Assembly: GCA_965202585.1 (NCBI GenBank)
Contig: CBDBBG010000089.1
Location: 1-64,000 of the forward strand
Source: Thalia democratica
Taxonomy: Eukaryota
DNA: 64,000 bases
Direction of reading: 5' to 3'
Both the position numbers and the translations under genes were made by a program. Shown one piece after another: positions 1 through 12,985 of the stretch (its first letter is position 1; the number at the start of each line of letters is the position of its first letter). The notes beneath the pieces are model-generated. The model was not told where the DNA came from. It did not search any database and saw only the letters and a program-made list of their open reading frames with translations.

Positions 1-3000
1 GAACTAAAATCCCATATATAGAAAAATTTGGTTTTATCATAGCTTGTCTCTTAAAAACTTAAAGTAAACTTCAAGTTTTTTATAACTTTCATAACATCTT
101 AAGTAAGGTTAATAAGTAAAAATAAGAGTTAACTAGTTTTTTAACTACGTTGATGGTTGTACTTATTTATTTTTGGGTTTGAAGTATGAAGTTTTAAAAT
201 CCACACTAATTTTATGAAGTTTAAAACAAATTTATTGATGTACGAATTAACTCATTAGACAGTGTTTTACTCTGTTAATAAGATTAATGAGATCGCAAGT
301 TATGAAAAAACTGAAATTTAAATGCATTCGTTTTATAGGAACACTAAACCTTAACCTACGGTTATAAATTGTATATAAACCAGTAACAATGGTTTATGGA
401 ATCTGATGAAAAAAGCTTAACGATAGAATAAATAAAACTATTAAAGAAATTTGTTAACAACTTTTAATGGACGTAAGTAAAGCTTGTTATTAAATACTAA
501 TGAAGCATTTTATCTACTCAATATAATTATAATGCTAATTTTACAATTATTATGATTATCACTCTTTAAGTTAATTTAAACCATACAAAAAAAGATGTTT
601 ACAAGTAAAACTATTAGCCTGTAAGTCTTATCATATAAACAAAAGGCTAGTTAATTCAAGATAAACTTCTAGAAAAAAAAGTCATTATATATGCATACAG
701 TAAACTTATAACTAAATTTTGGTGATAAAGATTTTACCGAGCTATTAGTAATTAAATTATTTTACTATGGTAGAAACAGAAAAATGAAAACTAAACAAGA
801 ATTTAAAAAAGTGCTAAACGGATATTCTATTACCAAATAAATCTATTATAAATGTTTAAAATTGAAAACTTTTTATTTTGTTTCAAGATTGTAGACATTA
901 CCTCAAAAAAATTTTTTATATGATTTGTTTAGTATATAGTCACAAAAATTACAAAAATAGTACAAAGTTTGTATACATAAATATTTTACTTTAGATTTTA
1001 GAATATTAGAAAACAATTTTAATAAAAAAATTAAAAATAACTACTTCCTTCCTAAAACTATCTGTAGTTTGTACTATTCTTAATTTTAAGATAATTAAGT
1101 GAACCAAAGAAGTAATCTGCTTGTAAAGGGATGAATTTCATGTAAATAAAAGTTTAAAACTAACATATAAGTTTTAAAATTTTTAGATAACCCACTTTAT
1201 CATTATTAATAAAAATACTGCTACTAGAAATTCATCTAATCACATACTAAAATATTTTCTTTTTTTTTAGTACTAAGCTTGATAATGATTAAAAAAACCT
1301 TACATCTCACTAGAACGAATAGTTAATTAAGCTGATAGAACTTACGTCCACTAAGTTTTGTGAAACTTGATATTATATGCTCATTATTCAAAATAGTAAT
1401 AAATTACTAAACTGCATGTCCGAGAAATTGAGGTAAAGTTTAAAGTTTACTAATAGAAAACCAAATGAAACAAATTTAACTATGATTATTTTGCTGATAA
1501 TTTACAAATAAGTGCAAAATTATGAAAAAGTAGATAAGCATGAATTATACTATGTTGTTATTATATTACAAACAAATTGAACATAACGCTTAATCAAACT
1601 AAAATAAATTTCATTACTAACTTCTATCAGAAGTTATCTAAATAAAGCTAATTTAAAACACTTATAATCTTTAAAACTTTTTGATAAATAATCCAAGAGT
1701 CTAAAACAAAAAAAACTTTTGCGAGTTTTGCTTTGTTTATTGAAATTTAAAATAACAGTTTAACTGTCAGAACTCAGGGTCGCTAAATATTAAAATAATC
1801 TGAACAAAAAATGATAATTTTTTACTTTTTATAAATAAATTATAAGTAACCTGTAAAGCAGGGTTTCCCAAACTCGTTTACTAAATCGCCCCCTTTTTAG
1901 AAATTTGAAAAAAAATCGCCACCCAAGTTTTTATAAAGTATTTTTTTCTTCTCGAGTACGCACTTTTGAGCCAAAAAAGTTGTATTCTTAATATAATTTG
2001 TTCTGGAACTTCTTATGCACGCACTTTTGTGCTGTGCTTAAAGTAATTTACAGGGCTTGAAAAAATAATTTACAGTTATATTCTTATAAGCCCAGTAAAG
2101 TGTATTAAAATACCTAAATATTAAAAAGCCTTTCGTAATCTGTAAACAATTATGTTTAAATATGAATTGTTTTAAAACTAACGAAACCTTTAGGTTAGTT
2201 GTGGACAAGTTTTGTAGTCAGCAAGTCATTTTTACTAAAACATCCTTTATAGTGTCGACTCGTTAAAAAAATTTACTTGCGGGCTGCATAATTTTAAAAA
2301 CTAACATATAAGAAAATTAAAAAATCGAGCAAATGTGTAATAAGTTGAATTACTAATATTGTGATCTAGGAAGTACAATTGTGAACTGAATACCAAAATG
2401 AAAGCGTATTTCAAAGTTTTTAAGTATCAAAAGGCTAAATTTTATTTGTTTTGCAAAAGTAATTTTCAAGGTACTTAGCGAGCCGAAATTTTACTGGATC
2501 TGGACCGTACGTTACCCATCTGAAATCTTAACTGAAACCTGACATTATAATAATCTCTTATATAACGAAGTTCGGACATTTTGAAGTGAATGCTAAGTAA
2601 CTTATTTAAATCGCACAACATAAATAGGCATATTCTAGAATTACTTTACCATAGATTAAAAAACTACAAAAGAATAAACAGGTTATTTTACACATAATGA
2701 AACAAATATTAAAACATCATTGCTGATCTAGTTTTAGGAAGTTTGAACTACTGGTTGATTATCTCACATGAAAAGTGGTTTTATCAATAGCTTCTTTAAT
2801 GCGGAAAAACTAATAAATTTAATGCTAAAAGATATTATAAGCAAGTTAATTGTAAGGTTAAAATCCTAATATTCAATTTGTAAACTATATGTTTCGTAGT
2901 AGAATACCATGAAAATTTATTTGACTTGGAATAAACTTTCAAAAGCTATACCTTAATCCTAACAGTAATTTATTTTTTATTATAATTTAAAAAATTAAAG

Positions 3001-3329
3001 GTTTTACAGTTAATTTTGTGAACAGAAAGTAATCAGTTAAAAAAATTTTTAATACATTAAAGTTTATTTTTGTAACTGTAGCAGTATTTTCGATGGCTTA
3101 TTTTATTCTGTTCAAAAATTATATTGTTTTCTAATTATCAACCTAGCGAAACTATCAATCTAGCGAATAAAATATACAATTTGCATAAATCTTTTTAGCT
3201 ATCAACCTATAATAATTTAACAGTAGAAAATAGTTAAAAATTAAAAGCTAGGATTGAAATATTAAAAAAAACAACATATTTTAATAGTCAAAATATTTGA
3301 ACTAAGACAACAACATAACAACTAAGATA

Positions 3330-4170
3330 ACAACTAAAAAGAAAAGCTATAAACAACAATTTAACTTCCTCCCAAATGATTAGATACTTTTACCTTAGTT
3401 TTTTTTGAGTCCAAAAGCTTTCATATCGTTTTTTGAAAACATTTAATTTAAGCTCAAGGTCAGTTTGTAAGTCTGAGAAAGTTTCCTGTAAGTCAACGTT
3501 TACTTCAAAAAGATCTGCTTCGAAGGGATCCATAATCCACTTAAGGACGTTTAATTGAAAAACGTTAGTAAACCGTTTATCAATGTCACTTTAAGCTGTT
3601 CCAGATAAGATTAAAATACTTTAACTTCACCTTCACTTATTTGAATTGAAGTTTTCCAAACTTGCAATCTGTGAAAACTGATTATTTTTGAAATTTTTTC
3701 CATACAGTTCAAGTTGGTTTCTGAAACTGGTTTTCTTACTTTTGACTTTTACAAGAATCAAGTTTTTACCTTGTAAAGTCTTGTTCAAATTTTTGATCTT
3801 ACCATATAAGTCTATACAAGCAATGTTTATTTTTTTTAAACAAGATTGTCTGCCAATCCCAATACCTTATCCTTTTCAGAAAAAAAACTAACTGAGTTAA
3901 AAACAGCCAAAGTCTTTCTTAACATTTTCCTTTTGATAACCATTTCACTTCTGTATGCATTATTAACTTATCAAAAATTTCATCAATGTCATTGCACAGC
4001 TGTTTAAAAAGGCGACTTTGTAAAGCATGCCTTTGTATTTTGTTGACAGCTTTTATCGTAAAGTTTAATGAGTCATTTAGGCGGACGCTCAAAATTTTAC
4101 CAAGTTTACTAAATTACCACTGTTTTTGAAGTGTGAACAACAAAATTTGATGGAAGTTTAAATTTACGCG
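3330..4170 (-). mobile_element. Decayed hAT transposase (Buster/Charlie group, SCAND3/ZBED5-like), C-terminal part, with multiple stops and frameshifts
   Basis: Manual minus-strand translation gives IKAVNKIQRHALQSRLFKQLCNDIDEIFDKLIMHTEVKWLSKGK (the HTEVRWLSKG motif), then LNKTLQGKN, WIMDPFE and LQETFSDLQTDLELK...YESFW. These match the SCAND3/ZBED5-type transposase pattern as I know it. Boundaries approximate. Confidence 0.85.
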
Positions 4171-5634
4171 GAAAATTACAACGAGTTTGTTATTTTTATA
4201 ACTGAAGTAAGAGCTAAGGCTTTTTGGATTTCAAAACTTATTATGCTAGTTCATTTACATTGAAAAAGATTTAAAATGTTTAATCATTAGAAAAAATTGA
4301 GCTTTATTGACGCCAATTAGCTTTGTGTAACATACTTACCAGTTTTTTTTTCAATAAATTATTCAAAAGCCCTCCAAGTGGGCTCTGTTGAAGGTGTTTA
4401 AGTTTGTTAAATATTATAAATGAAGAAAAGTTTAAGTTTAAAATGGTTTTATTTATTTAGACATATTGTTTAATAATCAAAAAAAATGATAATAATAAAG
4501 AAAACTAGTTTAGCATCTCAAAAATTTTTAAAACCTTGTTTGTTAGACATGTATGAAATTGAGATTAAAATCAACAAAGCACTACTTGATTATAAATCTA
4601 AATAAGAATTTTCAAAGTAAAAAACTCTAATAAATAAAATTATAAGTAAAAAATCTAGATATATTTGTAAATTTACGAAAATAATTTTTTATTGGGTAAA
4701 AATTATTCAAACAATACACTAAAACTAAAAATTATAACGATTCAATACTTAAAAGGTCCTAAATATATTGGTATGTTCTAACTTTTGTTTTTAATTTCAA
4801 AGTTAACTGTATTTGATTACATAAACATTTTGGGAACACTAATTTTAGTTTGAATAAAATTATTGAAATACTAATTAGGGGCCTATTTATTTTCTAGTTT
4901 CTAGAAAAGGCCTTAAGAAAATGTTTAAGAAACCACGACATAGTTTTATCGTGATTAAGAAGTTTCAGAATCTCTACTTATTATTGTTTTCATTGCTTTT
5001 ACTCTTACGATGTTTTTTTTGATTTAAATGCATCTTCTAGTTATGTTCAAAAAATTAGTGAGATATAATTTACTTATAAATCATATTAATATAAGTAGTG
5101 CTATGAACAGCCTAACAACTATGAGTTAAGTCTATTTATATGAATATTACAAATTTTTGTTAAACATCTGTAAAATAAAACTTGTCTATCACCATAGTTT
5201 CTTAATTAAAGTAAAAATTCTTTTTTTTACTATTTGTAGGAAGTATATAAGCTAAAAAATCCTTAGTTTTTTAAAAATCAACATTTTAGTTTTTGTTTAA
5301 AGGTTAATACACACATAGTAGGTATAATATTATTTTACAGACAGTTGTTGGACAATTAAGTTTTTGTTCATTTATTTATTAACTTATATACATACACAAA
5401 ACTAAACTGAAAATAAATCTAACAAATTTAAATAAAAACACACAATAAGCGCTAAATAAATAGAAAAACTTGCAATCTAACAATTTTTAAATACAGAAAA
5501 AATTAAAAATTTTATAAAACGAACTCAAACATTCAGACTTCAGTTCAGCCAAACACGAACAAGTTAAAACTCGTGAACAACAATTAATAACATAAACGCT
5601 TTAATATTTCATCTACGATACTGTTTAAGGAACA

Positions 5635-6490
5635 TTAGATTCTACAATTTCGTCTACTAGTTCGATTCTTGTTAAAAACATGATTGCAGATAAGACATTT
5701 GTTGCGATCTTAAAACAACTCATCTACACATGTTTGGCACAAATAATAACTTTCGGGACAGTCCAGACGGACCATTTCGTTTTCATGGTGTTCAAAGCAA
5801 ACCTTACACTGGTGTTTCAAATGAAATCGTACTTTAACAATCTGTTGTTGTAACCTAACCTGCACTTCAACTTTTTCTTGTGATATTGTTGTTGAAGTAA
5901 TTGCTGCAGACGCTTCGGGAATTTTAACATACGTAAGTCTTCATCCTCATCATCTCCAATTGCTATCTTATCAGGTTGCATCGGCTCTCTTAATTCTTGA
6001 AGTTCTGGCAAAATGTGTTCATTGGCTTGGTATACTATTTGTTGTAATTGTTGCTGCATACGCTCTCGAAGCCTACTCTGATAATTCAGATCAACTTCAC
6101 GCTGCGGTTTTAACTCTTGCTGTTCTTGTAGTAAAAACCAGTAGTTTTTGTAGTGTTCGATCTACTATTTGTCTAGCATTTACCTTCTTGTCGTTGTTCC
6201 GGACCTTGTGCAACATTATCAATTACGTCATTGAAGTTTTGTTGTTTTTCTTTTTCCAGTCGATTATTTCGTAATTCTTCTTCAAGTCCAACTCCTATTG
6301 GTTCATTTTCTTGTTGTTGTTCCGGATCTTGTGTAATAACATTAACTACGTTATTAGGATTACGTTTTTGCTGTACTTCCTGCTGAATATTTTGTACTTT
6401 TTCTTTGAGACCAACTCTTATTGGTTTATTTCGTTGCTGTTCCTTATCTTGTACAACATTTTCTACTACATCAGGATTCTCTTGGTCCAT
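5635..6490 (-). pseudogene. Disrupted RING-finger gene of the VRLDC family, with a Q/E/N-rich repetitive N-terminus
   Basis: ATG at 6490 in the context acaacaATG; track ORFs 6490-6173 and 6059-5817. A third frame (codons from 5820) reads LKHQCKVCFEHHENEMVRLDCPESYYLCQTCVDELF*DRNKCLICNHVF and ends at TAA 5637-5635. In-frame TAA at 5712-5710, His ligand replaced by Tyr, and frame discontinuities near 6180-6130 and ~5885. Confidence 0.78.
6190..6490 (-). repeat. Coding tandem repeat, about 2.4 units of 40-41 aa (~120 bp)
   Basis: VVENVVQDKEQQR-NKPIRVGLKEKVQNIQQEVQQKRNPNN / VVNVITQDPEQQQENEPIGVGLEEELRNNRLEKEKQQNFND / VIDNVAQGPEQRQE. Confidence 0.8.
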
Positions 6491-7789
6491 TGTTGTTGAT
6501 TTTATTTTTTTTATGTAAAACTGTAGACGAGTATAACAAATATTACAAAAGTGTTTAGTAAACTCTTCTACAACAATTTAAGTATATTTAAAAAAAAGCT
6601 AATTGAATTTTTTGAAAGAATAATAGAAAACTATGATATTTTTTTTACTTTACAAAAAAAAAATTAACCTTTTTAATTTATTTTATATAAAACTTATTTT
6701 TTATACAAAAATATTAACAAGATTTTGAATACTTATTTTCTAAGATAATAAGAATTTCATATAGATAAAGTGTAGTTTTTGATTTTTTCTATACAATTTT
6801 TAATTAAACCGTTTTAAAATATTCCTTGGAATTAAAAAAATTATCTATACTTCTAAATATATTATAAATATTTCTATTTCCTCAAATGATAAAGGCTTTT
6901 GAGTTTTAATAAATCAACAGTAAGTAAAACAAACTCTGAAAATAAACGTAAATGTTCCATACGAATATTAAATTAAGTTTTATAAAGGTGTTCTTAATTT
7001 AAACTTCTGATTTAACATGACAAAATAAATTTAGACTGGTCCTTAGCATTACAAAAGTTATGTTAAGTTTTAAATTTTAGGTGTTTGTATAATATGAAAC
7101 AACAGTCTACTAAGCACTTTTAAGAACAAATAAGGATTTTCAAAACAAAAACTGTAGTACAAAATTACCTTCATAAAGAGGCTAGATAAGTTTGTAATCT
7201 ATACAACAATAGTTCGATATCAGTTCGTAAAAAATTAAAAAAATAAATACTGATAATAAACTAAGGTTAAAAAAGTAGTAACTAAGTACATTAACATGTT
7301 CCAAGTCAGCTGGCATATCTAAAATTATAAAAATTTATATTTATATTTAATATTTCAATTAAGCTAAACTCAAAGATAAGACATATTGGTTACGTGTTCC
7401 ATAAGTTTGTTTATAACATTAAAATAAGTTTTAACAAAAATGTTACAAATCAAAATTATAAATGTTTAAAATAGGTTCTAATTTACAATAGAGTTCTAAA
7501 AGCATTATGACATAGTTTATAGAAAATTATTATTACTTTTAGGAAACATTAACATTAATTTAATTTATTACGTATCTTTTGCACTAGGATATTTGTACTA
7601 TTTAAACAATATTTAAAGAAATCAATTTAGTTTTAATTTATCATCTCAAAATCCTTCACAAACCTTTTTTGTTGCACATAACACACATACTTTTAGTTCA
7701 AAAAGCACATTAAATATTTAAAACTATTAAACATTTTAAGCGTGAGTGAGGTATTTTAATTTCTATGCATAATTTGATCCTTTTAAAAC

Positions 7790-8770
7790 AAACTGTTTTT
7801 AATGCAAGAAAAAATATTGCTTTAGTGTTAATTCTAAAATGAATTCTTATAGCTTTTAACTTTATTAATGAATAATTTTATTTTTTTTCATTACTTAGAT
7901 TAAAAGTTCCAAAAAAACATTTTTTTAAGGGGCCCTGATAAAATTCGAACCCAATCCAAAAGGTTTTTTTTTAATTTAAAGGCAAAGAAGCATTCTCTAA
8001 AATTAAAAAAAAGTTAGCTTTAAAGACAAGCTAAACAATCGGATCTAAAAGTTGAACTTGACCAACTAAATTTAGTGATCAAAAATAATCACCAGCGACA
8101 AATGTTATGTTTTTTTTTGATTTATGCCTCTTATTTTCAGGTAACGTAGTATTTCATTTACAAACCTCAATTTATGTGAGTCTAATTATATATGTATCGG
8201 ATCCGTAAACTAGATGACTATTTTTAATCAAGATCCACAGAATTCATTATATGTTTGAACATCTTTTTCATGTATAACAGTAGACTTTATTCTTATAAAA
8301 GTTACTCAGTTTGATTATGAACATAAATCGAAGCAATCCTACTATTTTAGCAACCGTTTTATTAACTAATTGACGGTTACAGGACAGTCGGAATTAGGAA
8401 ACTTTAAACTCTTGTTAATAAAACTGCTTAGAGTGCGAGATAAAAATACTATTTGATATAATGAAGAATATTAATATCCTAAAGTCTTACAAGTAACAAT
8501 ATTATGCAAAAAACATACTTTAAAAATAGTTTGTTAAAACAAAAACTTAATAATCACTAAAAATAGTCATATGACTATAAATTTCAAAACGTTAACCTCT
8601 TTAAAAATGTGTGTTTAAAACAAATCAAATAATAAAGGTTTAACAATAAAGATAATAGTGGTGAAAAAAAAATATTATCAAATAGATAGCTCACAAAATA
8701 TCAGAACTATCAGAACTTTAACTGTCAGAATTTTAGTCGTCTGGGACCTAAACTAACATAGTTGTATTCT
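7790..8770 (+). repeat. Dispersed repeat family, copy 1 (probable non-autonomous element or old duplication)
   Basis: Aligns by eye with 12395-12985 (same strand; shared ggggcc..aaattc.aaccc, gtgatcaaaaa..atcaccagc and gaagcaatcctact) and with 22835-23560 (opposite strand). Confidence 0.75.
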
Positions 8771-8951
8771 TAAGTGAGTAAAAAGTTTTACGTGTTTAAT
8801 AAAGATAAATGTTATTAAAACAAATATCATTTTTGTTATAAGTTCTAGTTTATTGTAAAGACATTTAAATTCAATCTTTTAGACTAAAACAGAGTCTTAA
8901 AGTAAATGAAATTAAAACCTTTGCCTGGAAAATAATATATATATAGCATTT

Positions 8952-9146
8952 TTACAATTTTGTAATGCTTTGTAGTGCTCGATTTACTATTTGTCTTACA
9001 TTTACCTCTTGTCGTTGTTCCGCATCTTGTGCAACATTATTAACTACGTCATTGGAGTTTTGTTGTTCTTCTTCTTCCAGTCGAATGTTTCGTAATTCTT
9101 CTTCAAGTCCAACTTCTATTGGTTCATTTTCTTGTTGTTTGTCCAA
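8952..9146 (-). pseudogene. Partial duplicate of the Q/E/N-repeat region of the 5.6-6.5 kb RING gene
   Basis: QQENEPIEVGLEEELRNIRLEEEEQQNSNDVVNNVAQDAEQRQEVN aligns with QQENEPIGVGLEEELRNNRLEKEKQQNFNDVIDNVAQGPEQRQE. The nucleotide match covers ~8960-9145 vs ~6140-6325. It begins at TTG and no RING follows. Confidence 0.8.
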
Positions 9147-10636
9147 CTACTATAAATAGTATATTTAAATATATAAACTTCCAATATGGTTAACTTCCAT
9201 AATTACACTTCTATATGTGGTTGACTATATGCAAATTGACATTTTTTAAGGATTTTTCTGGTTGACTGACTCCACATTACTCGAGATCCAAAACATTTAA
9301 ACAGCATTTCAAAGCCGCACTTTAGTTTAAACAAGTAAAATTGATGTTGCTTTATTTCAAAAAAGATTGAGTTAAGTTAGAATAAGTCATAAAATGATTT
9401 TAAGATTTTGAATTGAGTTTAAATGGCAAAAGATAATTCGCTAAAAATTAAAAATTGTTAGTTTTTTTTCTACCAACAAATTAAAATCACCAAAATAAAA
9501 TTAAATACATAAACGCTGAAAAACACGCACTAACTAGAAATTTCAACAATGTTATTAAATTATATTTTTGTAGTTTAAATGTACAAATTTCAATAGCCTT
9601 TAAAGATCTTTTCAAATTGAAAGCTTTTAATCTGTAAAGCAAAACAACAGTTTGATAGTTTTAGTTCTATAAGGTTAGTTTAACAGTATAGTAGCTTTAT
9701 TACCTTTCAGTTAAAAAACGTTTAACTCACATCTTAAAAATTTACTTATACTTGTATGTTAAAGTACTTTACAATTATAGAAAATTAAATTATAAACATT
9801 AGAATAAATTAGTTTCTTAGAATAACAAGGACGTTTAGTCTGAAAAAATTAAAATGTTTTATTTTTAACTATTTGCCCTGTATCGTGTGTAAGTGTAGTT
9901 TTAAGCAATAAATTAAAAAAATAACTATTTTTTTAATAAAATTTTACCAAGACTCGTGTGTAAACACTGTTATAAACCCTTATTATTTATCAAGTCTATT
10001 TTTAAAAATCTCAATCTACAGTATAACAAAAAAAAAGTGATTGTTGTAGAATTTATGTACTAGTTTGTGAACTAGTGTGCCTTTCAAATGTTTTTTTTTT
10101 CGTTTTAAAAGTAAGTCGGTGTAATTTTGAAACGACTTACACTTAATAAGGCTTCAATAAACATTAAAAATTATAGGCTGAAACTATTAAAACTTACTAA
10201 TATTAATTTTTTGAACTAATGTAGCAGGTAAGGTGTCAGAATTGCACTATCGGAAACTTTTGCACTAGGAGTGAATTTTTCACGAATACACTATTGCACA
10301 AGTTGAAAAGCTTTTAAATTTTACTTTTTTTTTATATTACTGTCATCCCTTACCTATATTAATTATTATTTTACCATTGTTTAAAAGTGACTCTTTGCAA
10401 AAGTGTCTTCGTGCAAAACTTGCCCGTCTTAATTTCAGAAATTAGTAATCTTAAAATAAATTACTAATTTAAATATGATATAAATTTTGTAGCTTAAATT
10501 CCAAAATAAAAATTATTGGTTTTATAGTCAGTAGTTAACTTGTCTTGAAAAGTTATAATGCAATAAGACTCTCTTTTTCAAAAGATTTTGTTTAAAAACT
10601 TATAATTAAACGTGAATATTCGGATCTGGTAGTATA

Positions 10637-11007
10637 CAGTATACTACCGCTTAAGTACGCACTTTTTTTGGTACGCATCACGCCTTAAGTACGCACTTAT
10701 CCAGGAAGACAAAGTAAAGGATGTTATACAAGACTGACATTGACTTTTTATATTAAATGTATGTATTAATTATGTAGAAGCTTTTTATAGTTAAAATAAA
10801 TCATTTTGCAAATTAGAATTATGTATTAATGTTATTTAAAATAAAAAGACTTGTTTATTTGGCTTAATTATTTGGTGGCTAGTTGTAAAAAGGAAAACAA
10901 ACAACTAAATTTCATATTACACTGTGTCATCAAAAAGTACGCAGTATCGTGCTAAGTACGCAATTTTTGGTCGGGTTCAATTTGCGTACTTAAGCGGTAG
11001 TGTACTG
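10637..11007. mobile_element. Tc1/mariner-type MITE (371 bp, TA target duplication)
   Basis: TA|cagtatactaccgcttaagtacgca ... tgcgtacttaagcggtagtgtactg|TA, a 25-bp TIR with one mismatch, plus repeated subterminal aagtacgca motifs. A related end fragment lies at ~48095-48150. Confidence 0.85.
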
Positions 11008-12120
11008 TATATGAAAACAACAACATCAAAAAAAAAAAAAGAAATTTAGTACAAAAAACAAAATTTCAATGAAAAATTTTATCTCTGAATCGTCTATATT
11101 TTCTTTAAAATTAAATGTGATACTCATATATTCTTTTAATTAAAGTAGTTTTAAATTATATTTTAGTTATATTTAGTTTTACTTATTTTATGTCTAACTT
11201 AGTTTAATTTATATTCAAATTTAGTTTGGCATTAGTAAGTATTTGATTTATAAACAGGTTATGCTTTAGTTTTTTTACAATTTTAGTTTAATTTTAACAT
11301 ATTTTATAAAGATAAATAAATTTCTTCAACCTTATTTTATAGAATTTTTTTTTAAAAGTAGCCGTGCAAAAATATCGACTGATGCGTAACATGACACCTG
11401 TGAAACATTGATGACACGTTAAGAGAATCTTTAAATAAATTAGCGGGCAAAAATTAACTACCAAGTTTAAAACAAATCATTAGTATAAAACAAAGCTATC
11501 ACATTTAATTAGTATGTAATTTTGTCTATTTATTAATCTGTTTTAGTTATCGCTTATATATACGGCTCTGAATTGAACACTAAACTTTTGAAAACTAAAA
11601 TGAAAAAGTTATGTTGCTGATATCTTTAGTGTTTATATATAAGTCTTAAAATCTTTTACCGATATAAAATGTAGCTTTTTTTGAAACTTTGTTTAACATA
11701 GTATTAAATAGGAAAATTTTACTTATAAAAAAATTTCATATAAGTTTAGTATTTATTATTTAGTGCTAATTCAGTTTCATTATTAAAACTTTATTTTAAC
11801 TTAGCTAGCTTTTATTATTTAAATAATAGTTAGTATTTAACTTTAACTATTTATATGCTAGGCTATGTATAGCTTTTTAATTTATTTGTCTTAATACAAA
11901 AATAGACTTATAGAAAAGTATCTTTATATAATTTAACAAAAGCCATAAACAAAAGGAATAGTTTTAACGAGAGTTGACTTAGCTCGATTAGCTTGTTTTG
12001 CAATTTAAAAAAAACGTCCAAACTTTAGATCCAATTATTTTCCTTATCTTTAAAGGTAACTAAGATTTTTTTAATTCTAGAAAACGCTCCTATGCCTTTA
12101 ATTGAAAAATTCCATTGGAT

Positions 12121-12530
12121 CAGGGTTTGAATTTTTGAGTGTGGCCCCTTAATAAAAACTTTTTTTTCTTTGAATTTTTACTCTAACGGATGTCTAGCCA
12201 AAAAAAAATACATATTTTTTTAGATATTCTTAGTTTGCTGTGTTCTCGAGGGTTGTTGCTTTTTTTTCAATGCTCTAATATTTTATTAATATATACAAAT
12301 ATTTTCGATTGTAAATTCCAAAAACCTTCAATTTTCTAATGGTCGCTGTAGCAAAAAAAAAATGTTTTAAATAGTTAACGCATTTTTTTTATCTAAACTG
12401 TTTTTATGCAAAACATGACCCTTGTACGTTTTACTAAAATTATTACTACTTAAAAATGAAACTCTTCATATTTTTTTATGAGTCATTTTTTTTTTTTTTT
12501 ATGGGGCCTTTCTCATAAATTCTAACCCAA
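12121..12530. mobile_element. Degenerate hAT-like MITE
   Basis: Left end cagggtttgaatttttgagtgtggcccc; right end ggggcctttctcataaattctaaccc is an imperfect reverse complement. No clean TSD. Confidence 0.5.
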
Positions 12531-12985
12531 ATTCAATATATATTTTTTTATATCTAAAGGCAAAGGAGCATTCTCTAGAATCGAAAATAAAATTAGTTTG
12601 TTATAAAGTTAAAGAAAATAATCGAATCTAAAAGTTGAAATTGAACCATTAAATATAGTGATCAAAAAATGATCACCAGCCACAAATATCATGGTTTTTT
12701 TTATTCGTGCCTCTTGTTTCAGGTAGTAGTTCATGCATAAATCTCAATTATGAGAGTCTAACTAAAGATGCATCCGATCCCTAAACTAAGACAATTATTT
12801 TTAATCAAGATTAGCAGAGTGCGTTATTTGTTTGAACATCTTTTTCATTTATATATTTTCACTAGACTTTATTCACATATATGTTACCCAGTTTGATTAT
12901 AAACAAAAACTGAAGCAATCCTACTTTTTTAGCCACTTTTTATTAATTATCTGACGGTTCTAGGACAATCGGAATTAAATAATTC
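12395..12985 (+). repeat. Dispersed repeat family, copy 2 (truncated on the right)
   Basis: Collinear with ~7790-8400; ends near tgacggttctaggacaatcggaatt. Confidence 0.75.

Noticed and set aside
11365-11425. Hammerhead-like CTGATG..GAAAC with pairing flanks
   Set aside because: A9 is C, and there is no helix III or NUH triplet between GAAAC and the 3' strand.
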